64,000 bases of DNA from Actinomycetota bacterium (GCA_049325515.1 JBMOLI010000001.1:577171-641170), one strand, 5' to 3'; counted from the stretch's first letter, positions 38,281 through 46,479 are shown. Program-made: numbers and translations. The notes: generated by a model not told the origin, from the letters alone.

Positions 38281-38489
38281 CTCTCCCTCCCTGGATTGGC
38301 GGGACCCTAACTGCGAAACGCAACGGTTGCTGAGGGACTTGAGGCGTGACTGGCAAGGACTGTGCGTCAGGGCAGGCAGAGGAGAAGTCGACAGCCGTTC
38401 GCAGGGCAGGTCGTGATTCGGTTCGCGCCAGCGGCTAGGAGCGCTACGACGTGCTCTACTTTCCATGGCTACGGAGTAGGGGGGCGGCC

Positions 38490-39251
38490 GTGAGCGAGGA
38501 GAGTAGGGGCCCCGGGTGGTGGCTCGCGAGCGATGGCAGGTGGTACCCGCCCGAGCGGCATCCCAACTACCGAGGCCAGAGCACACCGAGCGCGCCACCG
38601 CCACCGAGCGCGCCACCGCCACCGAGCGCGCCACCGCCACCGAGCGCGCCACCGCCACCGAGCGCGCCACCGCCACCGAGCGCGCCACCCCGCGCTTCCG
38701 CAATTCCCCATGGCGCTGCCAACGCGAGGTCGGCCAACACGTCTGCTGCGCCTCGCAAGGTCAGGACTCGGATCCTTATGGCGACGGCCCTCACAGCCGC
38801 TCTTGTCGCTGTGTTTGTGTCGTACGAATTGGGCAGCACATCGCAGGACACGACCACGACAGGGGTAACCAGCCCATTATCGAACCGGCAGTTGAGTGCC
38901 GCCTGGCAGGACGCGCTGGACAACCTCACAGGCGAGCTACGTGCAGCAGGCTTCCCGAACCCTCGAGACGACTCCTACACATCGACCGGTACCGAGGATT
39001 CTGTGCGCGACCTCATGGCGTCGTACCTAAGACCAGAGACTGGCTACCGGAAGCAGCTTCTGGAGTATTACGACCAGACGGAAGGCCGTCTGGCTGACCT
39101 GGACCCTCAATTGCGCGGCCAAATCGCCAAGGCCGACTCTCCGGATGAGATGTGGGCCCTAGTCTTCGAAATCACGGGCCGAGTGGTCCAGCCCCTGAAG
39201 AGCGTCGTCCCGACGACCACCTCCACTGTCGAAACTGCAGGCAGTACATAG
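38490..39251 (+). CDS. Type II membrane protein: WW-ASDG-WYPP motif, (SAPPPP)n repeat, TM, unknown extracellular domain
   Basis: I prefer the in-frame GTG at 38490 (VSEESRGPGWWLASDGRWYPPE), by analogy with the two paralogous N-termini. The track ORF starts at 38451. TM is ILMATALTAALVAVFVSY. I do not recognise the C-terminal 150 aa. Confidence 0.7.
   Translation: MSEESRGPGWWLASDGRWYPPERHPNYRGQSTPSAPPPPSAPPPPSAPPPPSAPPPPSAPPPPSAPPRASAIPHGAANARSANTSAAPRKVRTRILMATALTAALVAVFVSYELGSTSQDTTTTGVTSPLSNRQLSAAWQDALDNLTGELRAAGFPNPRDDSYTSTGTEDSVRDLMASYLRPETGYRKQLLEYYDQTEGRLADLDPQLRGQIAKADSPDEMWALVFEITGRVVQPLKSVVPTTTSTVETAGST
38586..38690 (+). repeat. Perfect 18-bp tandem repeat (CCGAGCGCGCCACCGCCA), 5 full copies + 15-nt partial, in-frame (SAPPPP)n
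   Basis: Read directly. Five identical units occupy 38586-38675, then CCGAGCGCGCCACCC. The repeat lies inside CDS 38490..39251. Confidence 0.95.
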
Positions 39252-39680
39252 GGCAAGGAAGGCCCGGAGGTTGCTACAGCGGTCAGCCCGATACAGGCCC
39301 TGACAAGTACGGAGGGCTCGACTTCTTCTGGAGGTTCGGTTCGGACGACCTGGGTGCGCCCGTGTCTGCCTCGTTCCCGAACCCGTATGAAGACGACGGC
39401 GAAGTGAAATGGAACGGTGCCGGGTCATGGATCGTGAGGCCCACGTTGACCAGAGAACGCGTTCGAGGGTGAGGCTCGGACCCCGTTCGTATGCGCCGTT
39501 GAGCACACCGGAGCCACTGTCGCCCAGGTACCGGGACCGCGCCGGAGAACGTCACACGACTACCGGAGCCGCAACGTCAAGCATCTACCGGGCCCGCACA
39601 CCCGCACCTGGGTGATAAGCACCCAACACAGCGCCCATGCTTCACGGGGCCGAACGGCCAATGTGAATTTCTATGCTCTG

Positions 39681-39704
39681 ACCTGAGGCTTCTTGGTGGG
39701 CCGT
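39681..39704. repeat. Right copy of the 24-bp direct repeat (overlaps the tRNA-Val 3' end)
   Basis: ACCTGAGGCTTCTTGGTGGGCCGT. The last 11 nt (39694-39704) are the 3' end of the tRNA, including the encoded CCA. Confidence 0.85.
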
Positions 39705-39770
39705 AAGGGACTCGAACCCCTGACCCCCTGCGCGTCATGCAGGTGCTCTAGCCAACTGAGCTAACGGCCC
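39694..39770 (-). tRNA. tRNA-Val (anticodon GAC), CCA encoded
   Basis: Manual fold of the reverse strand: GGGCCGT-TA-GCTC-AGTTGGCTA-GAGC-A-CCTGC-ATGACGC-GCAGG-GGGTC-AGGGG-TTCGAGT-CCCTT-ACGGCCC-A-CCA. All four stems pair, and there is a T-loop TTCGAGT. Total 77 nt. Confidence 0.88.
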
Positions 39771-39796
39771 CGTGAGGCGTTGACACTATCAGTGGC

Positions 39797-40729
39797 TCAT
39801 CTGACGGCCGAACTCGATGGAGTCGCGACCCGGTTGGTCAGGCTGCCGATCCCCTCGACGGCAAGCGTCACCTCATCACCCGCCTGCAGCCACGGGTAGC
39901 GATCACGACCGTGGACCGGGCCCAGCTCGAGGATGCAGCCGCTGCCGACGGTGCCGGAGCCGATGACGTCGCCGGGGCGCAGCACGGTCGACCGCGATGC
40001 GTGGGCCAGAAGGCGGCCCCATCCATGGTGCATGTCGCCCAGCTCGCCTCGGCTCCACTCCTGCCCGTTCACCGAAGCTGTCATCACGCCTCGAGCCACG
40101 CCGTCGCCTCCGACCAGCTCGTCAGGGGTCACGAGCATGGGCCCGAGAGAGGTCGCGAAGTCCTTGCCCTTGGAGGGGCCCAACCCCAGTGCCATCTCGC
40201 GCCTCTGCAGGTCGCGGGCCGACCAGTCGTTCATCACGGTGAACCCGGCGACCACGTCGAGCCACTCGCGCTCGTCCAGGTCGGCGCACTCGACGCCGAC
40301 CACCGCGGCCACCTCGAGCTCGTAGTCGAGCTCGGAGGTCGCCGGTGGGTGCAGCGCCTCACTTGGGCCGAGCACTGCCGCCGGATTCGTGAAGTAGAAG
40401 ACGGGCAGCTCGTACCAGTCGGGCTCCATCTCGAGGCCACGGGTGCGCCTCGCCGTGGCCACATGCGCTTCGAACGCGTAGAAGTCGCGGATCGAAGGCG
40501 GCTCGGGCACGGGTGTGAGGAGAGTGACGTCGGCGATCGGCTCGGGATCGTCGCAGTCCATCGAGCCCAGATCGCGCGCCATCGCCATGGCCAGCAGCAG
40601 GGACTGGCCTTCTCGGCCAGTGCCCGATCCGAGCGAGGCCACGAGCTCCACATCGTCGCGCTCGTCGACCACCACGGCGCCAACGTGGACGTGTCCGTCG
40701 CGCCCGGACCGGTACCGAGCGAGCTTCAC
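39797..40729 (-). CDS. Fumarylacetoacetate hydrolase (FAH) family protein, short (310 aa) form
   Basis: GTG start in a GTGA overlap with the hmgA stop. FAH-fold blocks: PVFYFTNP, YELEVAAVVG, VMNDWSARDLQ, GDVIGSGTVG. Confidence 0.85.
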   Translation of the reverse strand: MKLARYRSGRDGHVHVGAVVVDERDDVELVASLGSGTGREGQSLLLAMAMARDLGSMDCDDPEPIADVTLLTPVPEPPSIRDFYAFEAHVATARRTRGLEMEPDWYELPVFYFTNPAAVLGPSEALHPPATSELDYELEVAAVVGVECADLDEREWLDVVAGFTVMNDWSARDLQRREMALGLGPSKGKDFATSLGPMLVTPDELVGGDGVARGVMTASVNGQEWSRGELGDMHHGWGRLLAHASRSTVLRPGDVIGSGTVGSGCILELGPVHGRDRYPWLQAGDEVTLAVEGIGSLTNRVATPSSSAVR

Positions 40730-41850
40730 GCGTCGGGACGCCAGGAGTGGGCGTAGCCCTCGACGTCAAGATCCTTGGCGGCCTCGCCTGGCATCAGGGC
40801 GTGGCGGCTGTCGATCATCACTGCCACCTCATCGGCCATGCGACGCTCCGCCGACGGTGCGGCAGCCGCCACCGCGTCTCTGGCCCGCGCACCGGGCTGA
40901 GGCCCGTGGTGCAAGCCGAACGGATGCCACGTCAGCATCCCCTCGGAGATGTCCGCCCGCGAGAAGAACTCTCCGCGGTGGTAGAAGATCACCTCGTCAT
41001 AGTCGACGTTGCGGTGGAAGAACGGAAGGCGGAGCGCCTCCGGGTCGTCCTCCAGCGGCCGCGGAGCGAACGTGCACACCACGAAGCCGTCGGCGACGAA
41101 TGTCGTATGAGCTGACGGGGGCAGGTGGTAGCGCGCGGATGTGACTGGGCGGATGTCGTCGACGTTGAGCCGCATCGGCGCGACGTCACCCTTCCATCCG
41201 ATGACGTCACACGGGTGGAACGGATAGGTGATGCGCGTGTCGTGACCGCCGCGCTTGACGACCACGGTGAACTCACCCTCCTCCTCCACCGCTTCGGCTT
41301 CGGGCACCTCGAGCACTGCTGGGTCGAAGAGCGCGTGACGCCCCAGCATGCCCCGGTCGGGCAGGGAGAAGCGCGACTCGTAGGCCTCGACCACCAGCAG
41401 CTCGGTGCCGGTGGCCGGCTCGAAGCGGTAGGTGGCGCCGCGGGGAACGATCAGGTAGTCGCCGGGTCGGTATCGGAGCGGCCCGTACTCGGTGCGAAGC
41501 ACTCCGGTGCCGGCGTGCACGAAGAAGAGCTGGTCACCGTCGGAGTCGCGCAGGAACTCGGGGCGCCCGCCCGCCGCCACCCGGTGCCACGCGATCGACG
41601 TCTGGTGGTTGCCGAGGAGCAGCGTCGGCCAGAGGTCGCCCTGGCCACGGAGGCGACGGGTGTCGAAGGCGCGGTGCGCGGCCGGACCCTCGACGGAGGA
41701 CCAATCAGTTGGGGCGTGAAGGCGGTAGAGATGGCTGGCTGGGCCGTAGAAGCCCGACCGTCCGTGCTCCTCCTCGACCGTGCCCGGCGGCAGGCGCACG
41801 TGGGCCTGCTGGCTGGTGACGCCTCGAACCCATTGCGGAACCCCTTCCAT
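40726..41850 (-). CDS. hmgA: Homogentisate 1,2-dioxygenase
   Basis: 374 aa. GFYGPASHLY, GDQLFFVHAGTG, YLIVPRGATYRF, PFFHRNVDYDEVIFYH, and it sits between hppD and the FAH gene. Confidence 0.88.
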   Translation of the reverse strand: MEGVPQWVRGVTSQQAHVRLPPGTVEEEHGRSGFYGPASHLYRLHAPTDWSSVEGPAAHRAFDTRRLRGQGDLWPTLLLGNHQTSIAWHRVAAGGRPEFLRDSDGDQLFFVHAGTGVLRTEYGPLRYRPGDYLIVPRGATYRFEPATGTELLVVEAYESRFSLPDRGMLGRHALFDPAVLEVPEAEAVEEEGEFTVVVKRGGHDTRITYPFHPCDVIGWKGDVAPMRLNVDDIRPVTSARYHLPPSAHTTFVADGFVVCTFAPRPLEDDPEALRLPFFHRNVDYDEVIFYHRGEFFSRADISEGMLTWHPFGLHHGPQPGARARDAVAAAAPSAERRMADEVAVMIDSRHALMPGEAAKDLDVEGYAHSWRPDA

Positions 41851-41876
41851 CGAGCTCCTCTCTCCGTGCCGTACCG

Positions 41877-43016
41877 CTACAGGTTGCCGCGCCGCTCCTG
41901 AGCCCGCTCGATCGACTCGAAGAGCGCCTTGAAGTTGCCCTCACCGAAGCCCCTGGCGCCGGCCCGCTGGATGATCTCGAAGAAGACCGTCGGGCGGTCG
42001 GTGAGCGTCTCGGTGAAGATCTGCAGCAGGTGCCCGTCGTGGTCGCGGTCGACGAGGATGCCGAGCGAGGCCAGCGTGTCCCACGGGAGCTCGACCCCGG
42101 CAAGCCGGCCGCGAGCCTCCGCGTAGTACTCGTCGGGGACATCCATGAAGCGCACGCCGCGAGCGCGCAGGGCACGCACGGTCGCGACGATGTCGTCAGT
42201 GTGCAGTGCTATGTGCTGCACACCGGGCGACCCGTAGAAGTCGAGGTACTCCTCGATCTGGCTCTTGCGTCGCCCTTCCGCCGGCTCGTTGATCGGCAGC
42301 ACGACCTTGTCGTGGTTCCAGACGACGGTCGACATGAGCGCCGAGTACTCCGTTGAGATCTGGTCGTCGGTGAAGTGCGTCAGCTGATCGAAGCCGAGGA
42401 CCTCCTCGTAGTAGCTGACCCACTCGTCGAGATGGCCGCGCTCGACGTTGGCGACCACATGGTCGAGGCGTGTGATGCCCACTGCGGGCCCGACAGGTCG
42501 CACGAGGTCGCTCTTCACGAACTGAGGAGCGAACGAACCTGAGTAGGCGGAGCGGTCTAGGAACGTGTGCACGGTCTCGCCGTAGGCGCGGATGGCCGCG
42601 TGGTAGATGCACCCGTGCTCGTCGGTGTCGGTGTCAGGCACCCGCTCGGAGCCGGCGCCGCGCAGCAGGGCGGACTCATAGGCGCCCGCCACGTCGTCGA
42701 CGAGGAAGCAGATGTCGCGGATGCCATCGCCGTGGGCCCTGACGTGGGCAGCGATCGCGCTGTCCGGGCTCAGCGCACCCGTCACCATGAAGCGCACGCC
42801 GCCCTGCTGGAGGAGGTAGCTCACGCGATCGCGCCGGCCGGTCTCGGGGCCCGCGTACGCGACGACGTCGAACCCGAATGCCGACTCGAGGAACCCGGTG
42901 AACGCGCGGGCGTTGCCGACCCACCACTCGAGATGGTCGATGCCTCGCAGCACCGGTGCGGCCGGCTGGCTGGAGGGCCGGCGTGCTTCGGCCGATGAGC
43001 GGTGAACGGCGGTCAT
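41877..43016 (-). CDS. hppD: 4-hydroxyphenylpyruvate dioxygenase
   Basis: Internal ATG (residue 70 of track ORF 41877..43223), in an ATGA overlap with the upstream stop. VLPINEPAEGRRKSQIEEYLDFYGSPGVQHIALHTDDI, GHLLQIFT, GFGEGNFKALFESIE. Confidence 0.92.
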   Translation of the reverse strand: MTAVHRSSAEARRPSSQPAAPVLRGIDHLEWWVGNARAFTGFLESAFGFDVVAYAGPETGRRDRVSYLLQQGGVRFMVTGALSPDSAIAAHVRAHGDGIRDICFLVDDVAGAYESALLRGAGSERVPDTDTDEHGCIYHAAIRAYGETVHTFLDRSAYSGSFAPQFVKSDLVRPVGPAVGITRLDHVVANVERGHLDEWVSYYEEVLGFDQLTHFTDDQISTEYSALMSTVVWNHDKVVLPINEPAEGRRKSQIEEYLDFYGSPGVQHIALHTDDIVATVRALRARGVRFMDVPDEYYAEARGRLAGVELPWDTLASLGILVDRDHDGHLLQIFTETLTDRPTVFFEIIQRAGARGFGEGNFKALFESIERAQERRGNL

Positions 43017-43834
43017 CGCTCCACCCCTGACTCGTGATCGACCCAGAGGCCGTCCCAGAAGGCCTGCACGCCGTCGAGCATGCGCGCGGCGCCACCGAGG
43101 AAGCGGTGCTCGTCGAACCACGGCTGGCAGTAGGCCTCCAGCAGCTCGTCGGCGGTGTGCTCCGCGTGCTGGTCCTCCACCTTGTCGTGCCAGGTCCAGA
43201 ACGCAAGGGGAAGGTCGGCGCACTCTCGGGCCTTGAAGGTCTCGAGGCCCGCGATCAGCTCCTTCCAGAACCCGGCCGCGGCCCAGTGCTCGACCGCATA
43301 GCTGGCGCCTTCTGCGGTGGCCGCGTCATCAGAGCCGTACACCTCCAGCAGCTCATCGCAGAAGAACAGCGTGGCCGCGGTGCCGTGGCGACGCTTGCCC
43401 AGGTCGGCGAAATCGAGGCCCAGCGGCTTGGCGAAGCGCAACAACCACTCGAAGTGGGCGGCACCGAAGCGGAACCTGCCGCCGTCGACGGTGCCCTCGG
43501 TGGCGACGAGATCGGGGTCGGTGTCGACCGCACCTGTGGACCTCGACTGGCCACGCGCGTTGAACACGACACCGAGCTCGTTGAGGAGGATCTCCTTGCC
43601 CGCCCGGTAGGTGTCGAGATCGGCAGCGTTGATGACCTTGCGAAGCTGTGCTTCGACGAACAGGTGGCTGAACACGGAGAACTGGACGGTCAGGTGCCTC
43701 ACCTCGCCGCGGGTGGCTTCACCGCCGGCGAACCAACGCGTGTACCGATTGGCTGTCACGACAGGGTGTTGCGACACGAGCGCGTCTATCCTGCTGCGAA
43801 GCGCCGTGATGTCGGGTTCGGCCGTCAGCGTCAT
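43013..43834 (-). CDS. Haem-oxygenase-like fold, iron-containing redox enzyme family protein (TenA/PqqC/Haem_oxygenas_2-like)
   Basis: 273 aa, all-helical. Contains conserved-looking His/Glu (FSVFSHLFVEAQL, AVEHWAAAGFW, HDKVEDQHAEH). First gene of the hppD operon. The family call is by eye. Confidence 0.6.
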   Translation of the reverse strand: MTLTAEPDITALRSRIDALVSQHPVVTANRYTRWFAGGEATRGEVRHLTVQFSVFSHLFVEAQLRKVINAADLDTYRAGKEILLNELGVVFNARGQSRSTGAVDTDPDLVATEGTVDGGRFRFGAAHFEWLLRFAKPLGLDFADLGKRRHGTAATLFFCDELLEVYGSDDAATAEGASYAVEHWAAAGFWKELIAGLETFKARECADLPLAFWTWHDKVEDQHAEHTADELLEAYCQPWFDEHRFLGGAARMLDGVQAFWDGLWVDHESGVER

Positions 43835-43963
43835 GATCGACCCCCCTCAAGTTGGACGTGTTGTGCCCTCCAGCACAGATCAGCACCGCCAAGAGGTCAA
43901 GTACGTCGATCGCACCTGAGCAATTTGCGCACAATTAGCGCGAAGGTGCTAGACATCCTGCTC

Positions 43964-44488
43964 ATGTTGCCCAGTGGAATCGACGCGCTCGACGCCAGGC
44001 TCATCCAAGCCATGTGCGAGACGCCCAGGGCGGGTGTGATGGAGCTCGCTCGCCAGCTCGGCGTCGCAAGGGGGACGGTCCAGGCTCGCCTGGACAAGCT
44101 GCAGAAGCGAGGCATCATCAGCGGCTTCGACCCCGACCTGGATCTCCAGGCGATGGGCTACGAGGTGCTCGCCTTCGTCACGCTCGAGATCGCCCAGGGC
44201 CGGCTCGACGACGTCATCTCACATCTGCGCAGCATCCCCGAGGTGCTCGAGGCCCACGCCACGACGGGCCCCGGCGACCTCCACTGCCGCATCGTGGCGC
44301 GCACCAACGGCCACCTGCAGCAGGTCCTCGGACGTGTGTTGGAGGTTCCGGGCATCGTCAGGACGATGACGCAGATCGCGTTGAGCGAGCAGGTGCGTCA
44401 CAGGGTGCTGCCGCTCGTGGCACAGGTGATCGATGACGTCGACGAGAGCCACCTGCGGGCGAAGAGCCCGAAAGGGATGCGCGGATAG
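43964..44488 (+). CDS. Lrp/AsnC family transcriptional regulator
   Basis: Internal ATG of track ORF 43034..44488. LDARLIQAMCETPRAGVMELARQLGVARGTVQARLDKLQKRGII plus a RAM-type C-terminal domain. Divergent from the tyrosine operon. An alternative GTG lies at 43946. Confidence 0.9.
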   Translation: MLPSGIDALDARLIQAMCETPRAGVMELARQLGVARGTVQARLDKLQKRGIISGFDPDLDLQAMGYEVLAFVTLEIAQGRLDDVISHLRSIPEVLEAHATTGPGDLHCRIVARTNGHLQQVLGRVLEVPGIVRTMTQIALSEQVRHRVLPLVAQVIDDVDESHLRAKSPKGMRG

Positions 44489-44627
44489 GGAGGCCGGCGT
44501 ACTCCCCCGTGCTCCAGTGAGGGCACTGTGCTGCTGGGTCACCTCGCCTATCGGCTCGGCTCCTGAGCGCTGACGGGCCTCCCAATCGCCTGGGGCAGCA
44601 GGTCCCGGCAGCCGTATCGTCGCCGCC

Positions 44628-46466
44628 ATGTCCGACCTCAGCTCAGGCGTGAAGCTCGACAGCAACGCGGTGCCCTGGTCGCCCACGCCACCGCTCCGCC
44701 AGCTGTGGCGCCACGCCAGGCGCCATCGCGGGAAGGTCGTGTTCGCGACGGTCTTCTCTGTGCTCAACAAGATCTGCGATGTCGCTCCCGAGATACTCAT
44801 AGGCGCGGCGGTCGATGTGGTCGTCAACAGCGGGCAGTCGTTCATCGGCCGGCTGTTCGGCGTCGAAGACCGCTTCGACCAGCTGACGATCCTGGCCATC
44901 GTCACGGTGATCGTCTGGATCCTCGAGTCGATCACCGACTACATCGCCGACGTCACGTGGCGGAACCTCGCGCAGTCGATTGAGCACGACACGCGCATGG
45001 AGGCATACGCGCACGTGCAGCACCTCGAGCTGGCCTACTTCGAGGACCGCTCGTCAGGCGGCCTCATGGCGGTGCTCAACGACGACGTCAACCAGCTGGA
45101 GCGCTTCCTCGACATGGGGGCCAACGAGCTGATCCTCACGACCGCCAACGTCGTGCTGGTCGGGCTCACGTTCGCGCTGATCTCGCCGATCCTTGCGCTT
45201 CTCGCCTTCCTGCCGATCCCGATCATCGTCATGGGCTCGCTGCGCTACCAGCGCTCGTTGGAGAAGCGCTACGACGCTGTGCGCGCGGCCGCCGGACGAA
45301 TCGCTGACACGCTCACCAACAACCTCGGTGGCATCGCCACGATCAAGGCGTTCACGGCCGAGGACCGCGAGGTGGACCGGGTTGCGCTCGACAGCCTCGC
45401 CTACAGCGCCGCAAACGGAGAGGCGATCCGCTACTCGAGCGCGTTCATCCCCCTGATCCGCATGGCGATTCTCGCCGGGTTCACGATGACCCTGGTCGTC
45501 GGTGGTCAGGCGGCGCTGCGCGGCGACCTCGAGATCGGTCTCTTCTCGGTGCTCGTGTACATGACCCAGAGGCTCCTGTGGCCCTTGACGCGCCTGGGCG
45601 AGACGCTCGACCTGTACCAGCGCGCGATGGCGTCGTGCCGTCGCATCTTTGGGCTCCTCGACGTCCAGCCTTCGATCCAGCCCGGCGCCCGCGAGCTCCC
45701 CGAACCGGTGGCGGGGGCGGTGCGGTTCGAGGACGTGCGCTTCGCCTACGGAGACGGTGCGGCGGGTGAGGTGCTCAAGGGCCTCACGCTCGACATCCCA
45801 GCGGGCGAGACCCATGCCATCGTCGGGTCCACAGGGGCTGGCAAGAGCACCATCGTCAAGCTGCTCCTGCGCCTCTACGAGCCGACCTCGGGACGCATCA
45901 CGGTCGACGGCGTGCCCACGGAGGAGCTCACCTGGCATGCCCTGCGCGGCGCGATGGGATTCGTCAGCCAAGACGTCTTCCTGTTCCAGGGCACCGTGCG
46001 CGAGAACCTCACATATGGGCGGCCGGACGCCACCGAGGAGGACATCCTCCGCGCAGCGTCGCTTGCCGAGGCCCACTCGTTCATCGAGGCCCTTCCAAAT
46101 GGCTACGACACCGTGGTGGGCGAGCGCGGCCAGCGGCTCTCGGGGGGCCAGCGCCAGCGGCTGACGATCGCGCGGGCGATCCTGCGCGACCCTGCGATCC
46201 TCGTGCTCGACGAGGCCACCTCCGCCGTGGACAACGAGACCGAAGCCGCCATCCAGCGCTCGCTCGCCCGTGTGTCGGCGGACCGCACGACCATCGTCAT
46301 CGCGCATCGCCTGTCAACGGTCCGTCACGCCCACCGCATCCACGTGCTCGAGGCGGGTCTCGTGATCGAGGCCGGCACCCACGAGGAGCTGCTCGAGAAC
46401 GCTGGCCTCTACGCCGCCCTGTGGCGAGTCCAGACAGGAGAAGCCGCAGTCACCGCCACCGACTGA
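44628..46466 (+). CDS. ABC exporter, fused permease/ATPase (MsbA/ABCB-like)
   Basis: Six-TM N-terminal half. Walker A GSTGAGKST, signature LSGGQRQRL, Walker B ILVLDEATSAVD. Confidence 0.92.
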   Translation: MSDLSSGVKLDSNAVPWSPTPPLRQLWRHARRHRGKVVFATVFSVLNKICDVAPEILIGAAVDVVVNSGQSFIGRLFGVEDRFDQLTILAIVTVIVWILESITDYIADVTWRNLAQSIEHDTRMEAYAHVQHLELAYFEDRSSGGLMAVLNDDVNQLERFLDMGANELILTTANVVLVGLTFALISPILALLAFLPIPIIVMGSLRYQRSLEKRYDAVRAAAGRIADTLTNNLGGIATIKAFTAEDREVDRVALDSLAYSAANGEAIRYSSAFIPLIRMAILAGFTMTLVVGGQAALRGDLEIGLFSVLVYMTQRLLWPLTRLGETLDLYQRAMASCRRIFGLLDVQPSIQPGARELPEPVAGAVRFEDVRFAYGDGAAGEVLKGLTLDIPAGETHAIVGSTGAGKSTIVKLLLRLYEPTSGRITVDGVPTEELTWHALRGAMGFVSQDVFLFQGTVRENLTYGRPDATEEDILRAASLAEAHSFIEALPNGYDTVVGERGQRLSGGQRQRLTIARAILRDPAILVLDEATSAVDNETEAAIQRSLARVSADRTTIVIAHRLSTVRHAHRIHVLEAGLVIEAGTHEELLENAGLYAALWRVQTGEAAVTATD

Positions 46467-46479
46467 CAGAGCTCGACGA

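Larger units (their letters stand above)
36608..39704. mobile_element. tRNA-Val-associated genomic islet (integrase-less, probably a fixed remnant)
   Basis: Bounded by the 24-bp direct repeat, one copy of which overlaps the tRNA 3' end. Local G+C is lower (57% and 60% in two 60-nt lines counted by hand). The cargo is three architecturally related membrane proteins, with no recombinase. Confidence 0.55.

Noticed and set aside
38586-38690. Possible CRISPR array, because of the regularly repeated 18-mers.
   Set aside because: The repeats are directly contiguous with no spacers. The unit is too short, it is in-frame inside a CDS, and there are no cas genes in the window.
38281-38703. N-terminal extension of track ORF 37486..38703 with a striking (ARSVAV)n repeat.
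   Set aside because: It is the reverse-strand reading of the 18-bp tandem repeat that belongs to the plus-strand gene 38490..39251. The real minus-strand gene starts at the ATG at 38280, which has a strong Shine-Dalgarno sequence.
39152-39472. 106-aa ORF spanning the end of the third islet gene and the non-coding stretch, plus minus-strand ORFs 39159..39506 and 39283..39555.
   Set aside because: There are no motifs. The first half overlaps a supported CDS in another frame, and no plausible start or ribosome-binding site lies downstream of 39251. I treat them as non-coding or decayed sequence (see the finding on 39252-39693).
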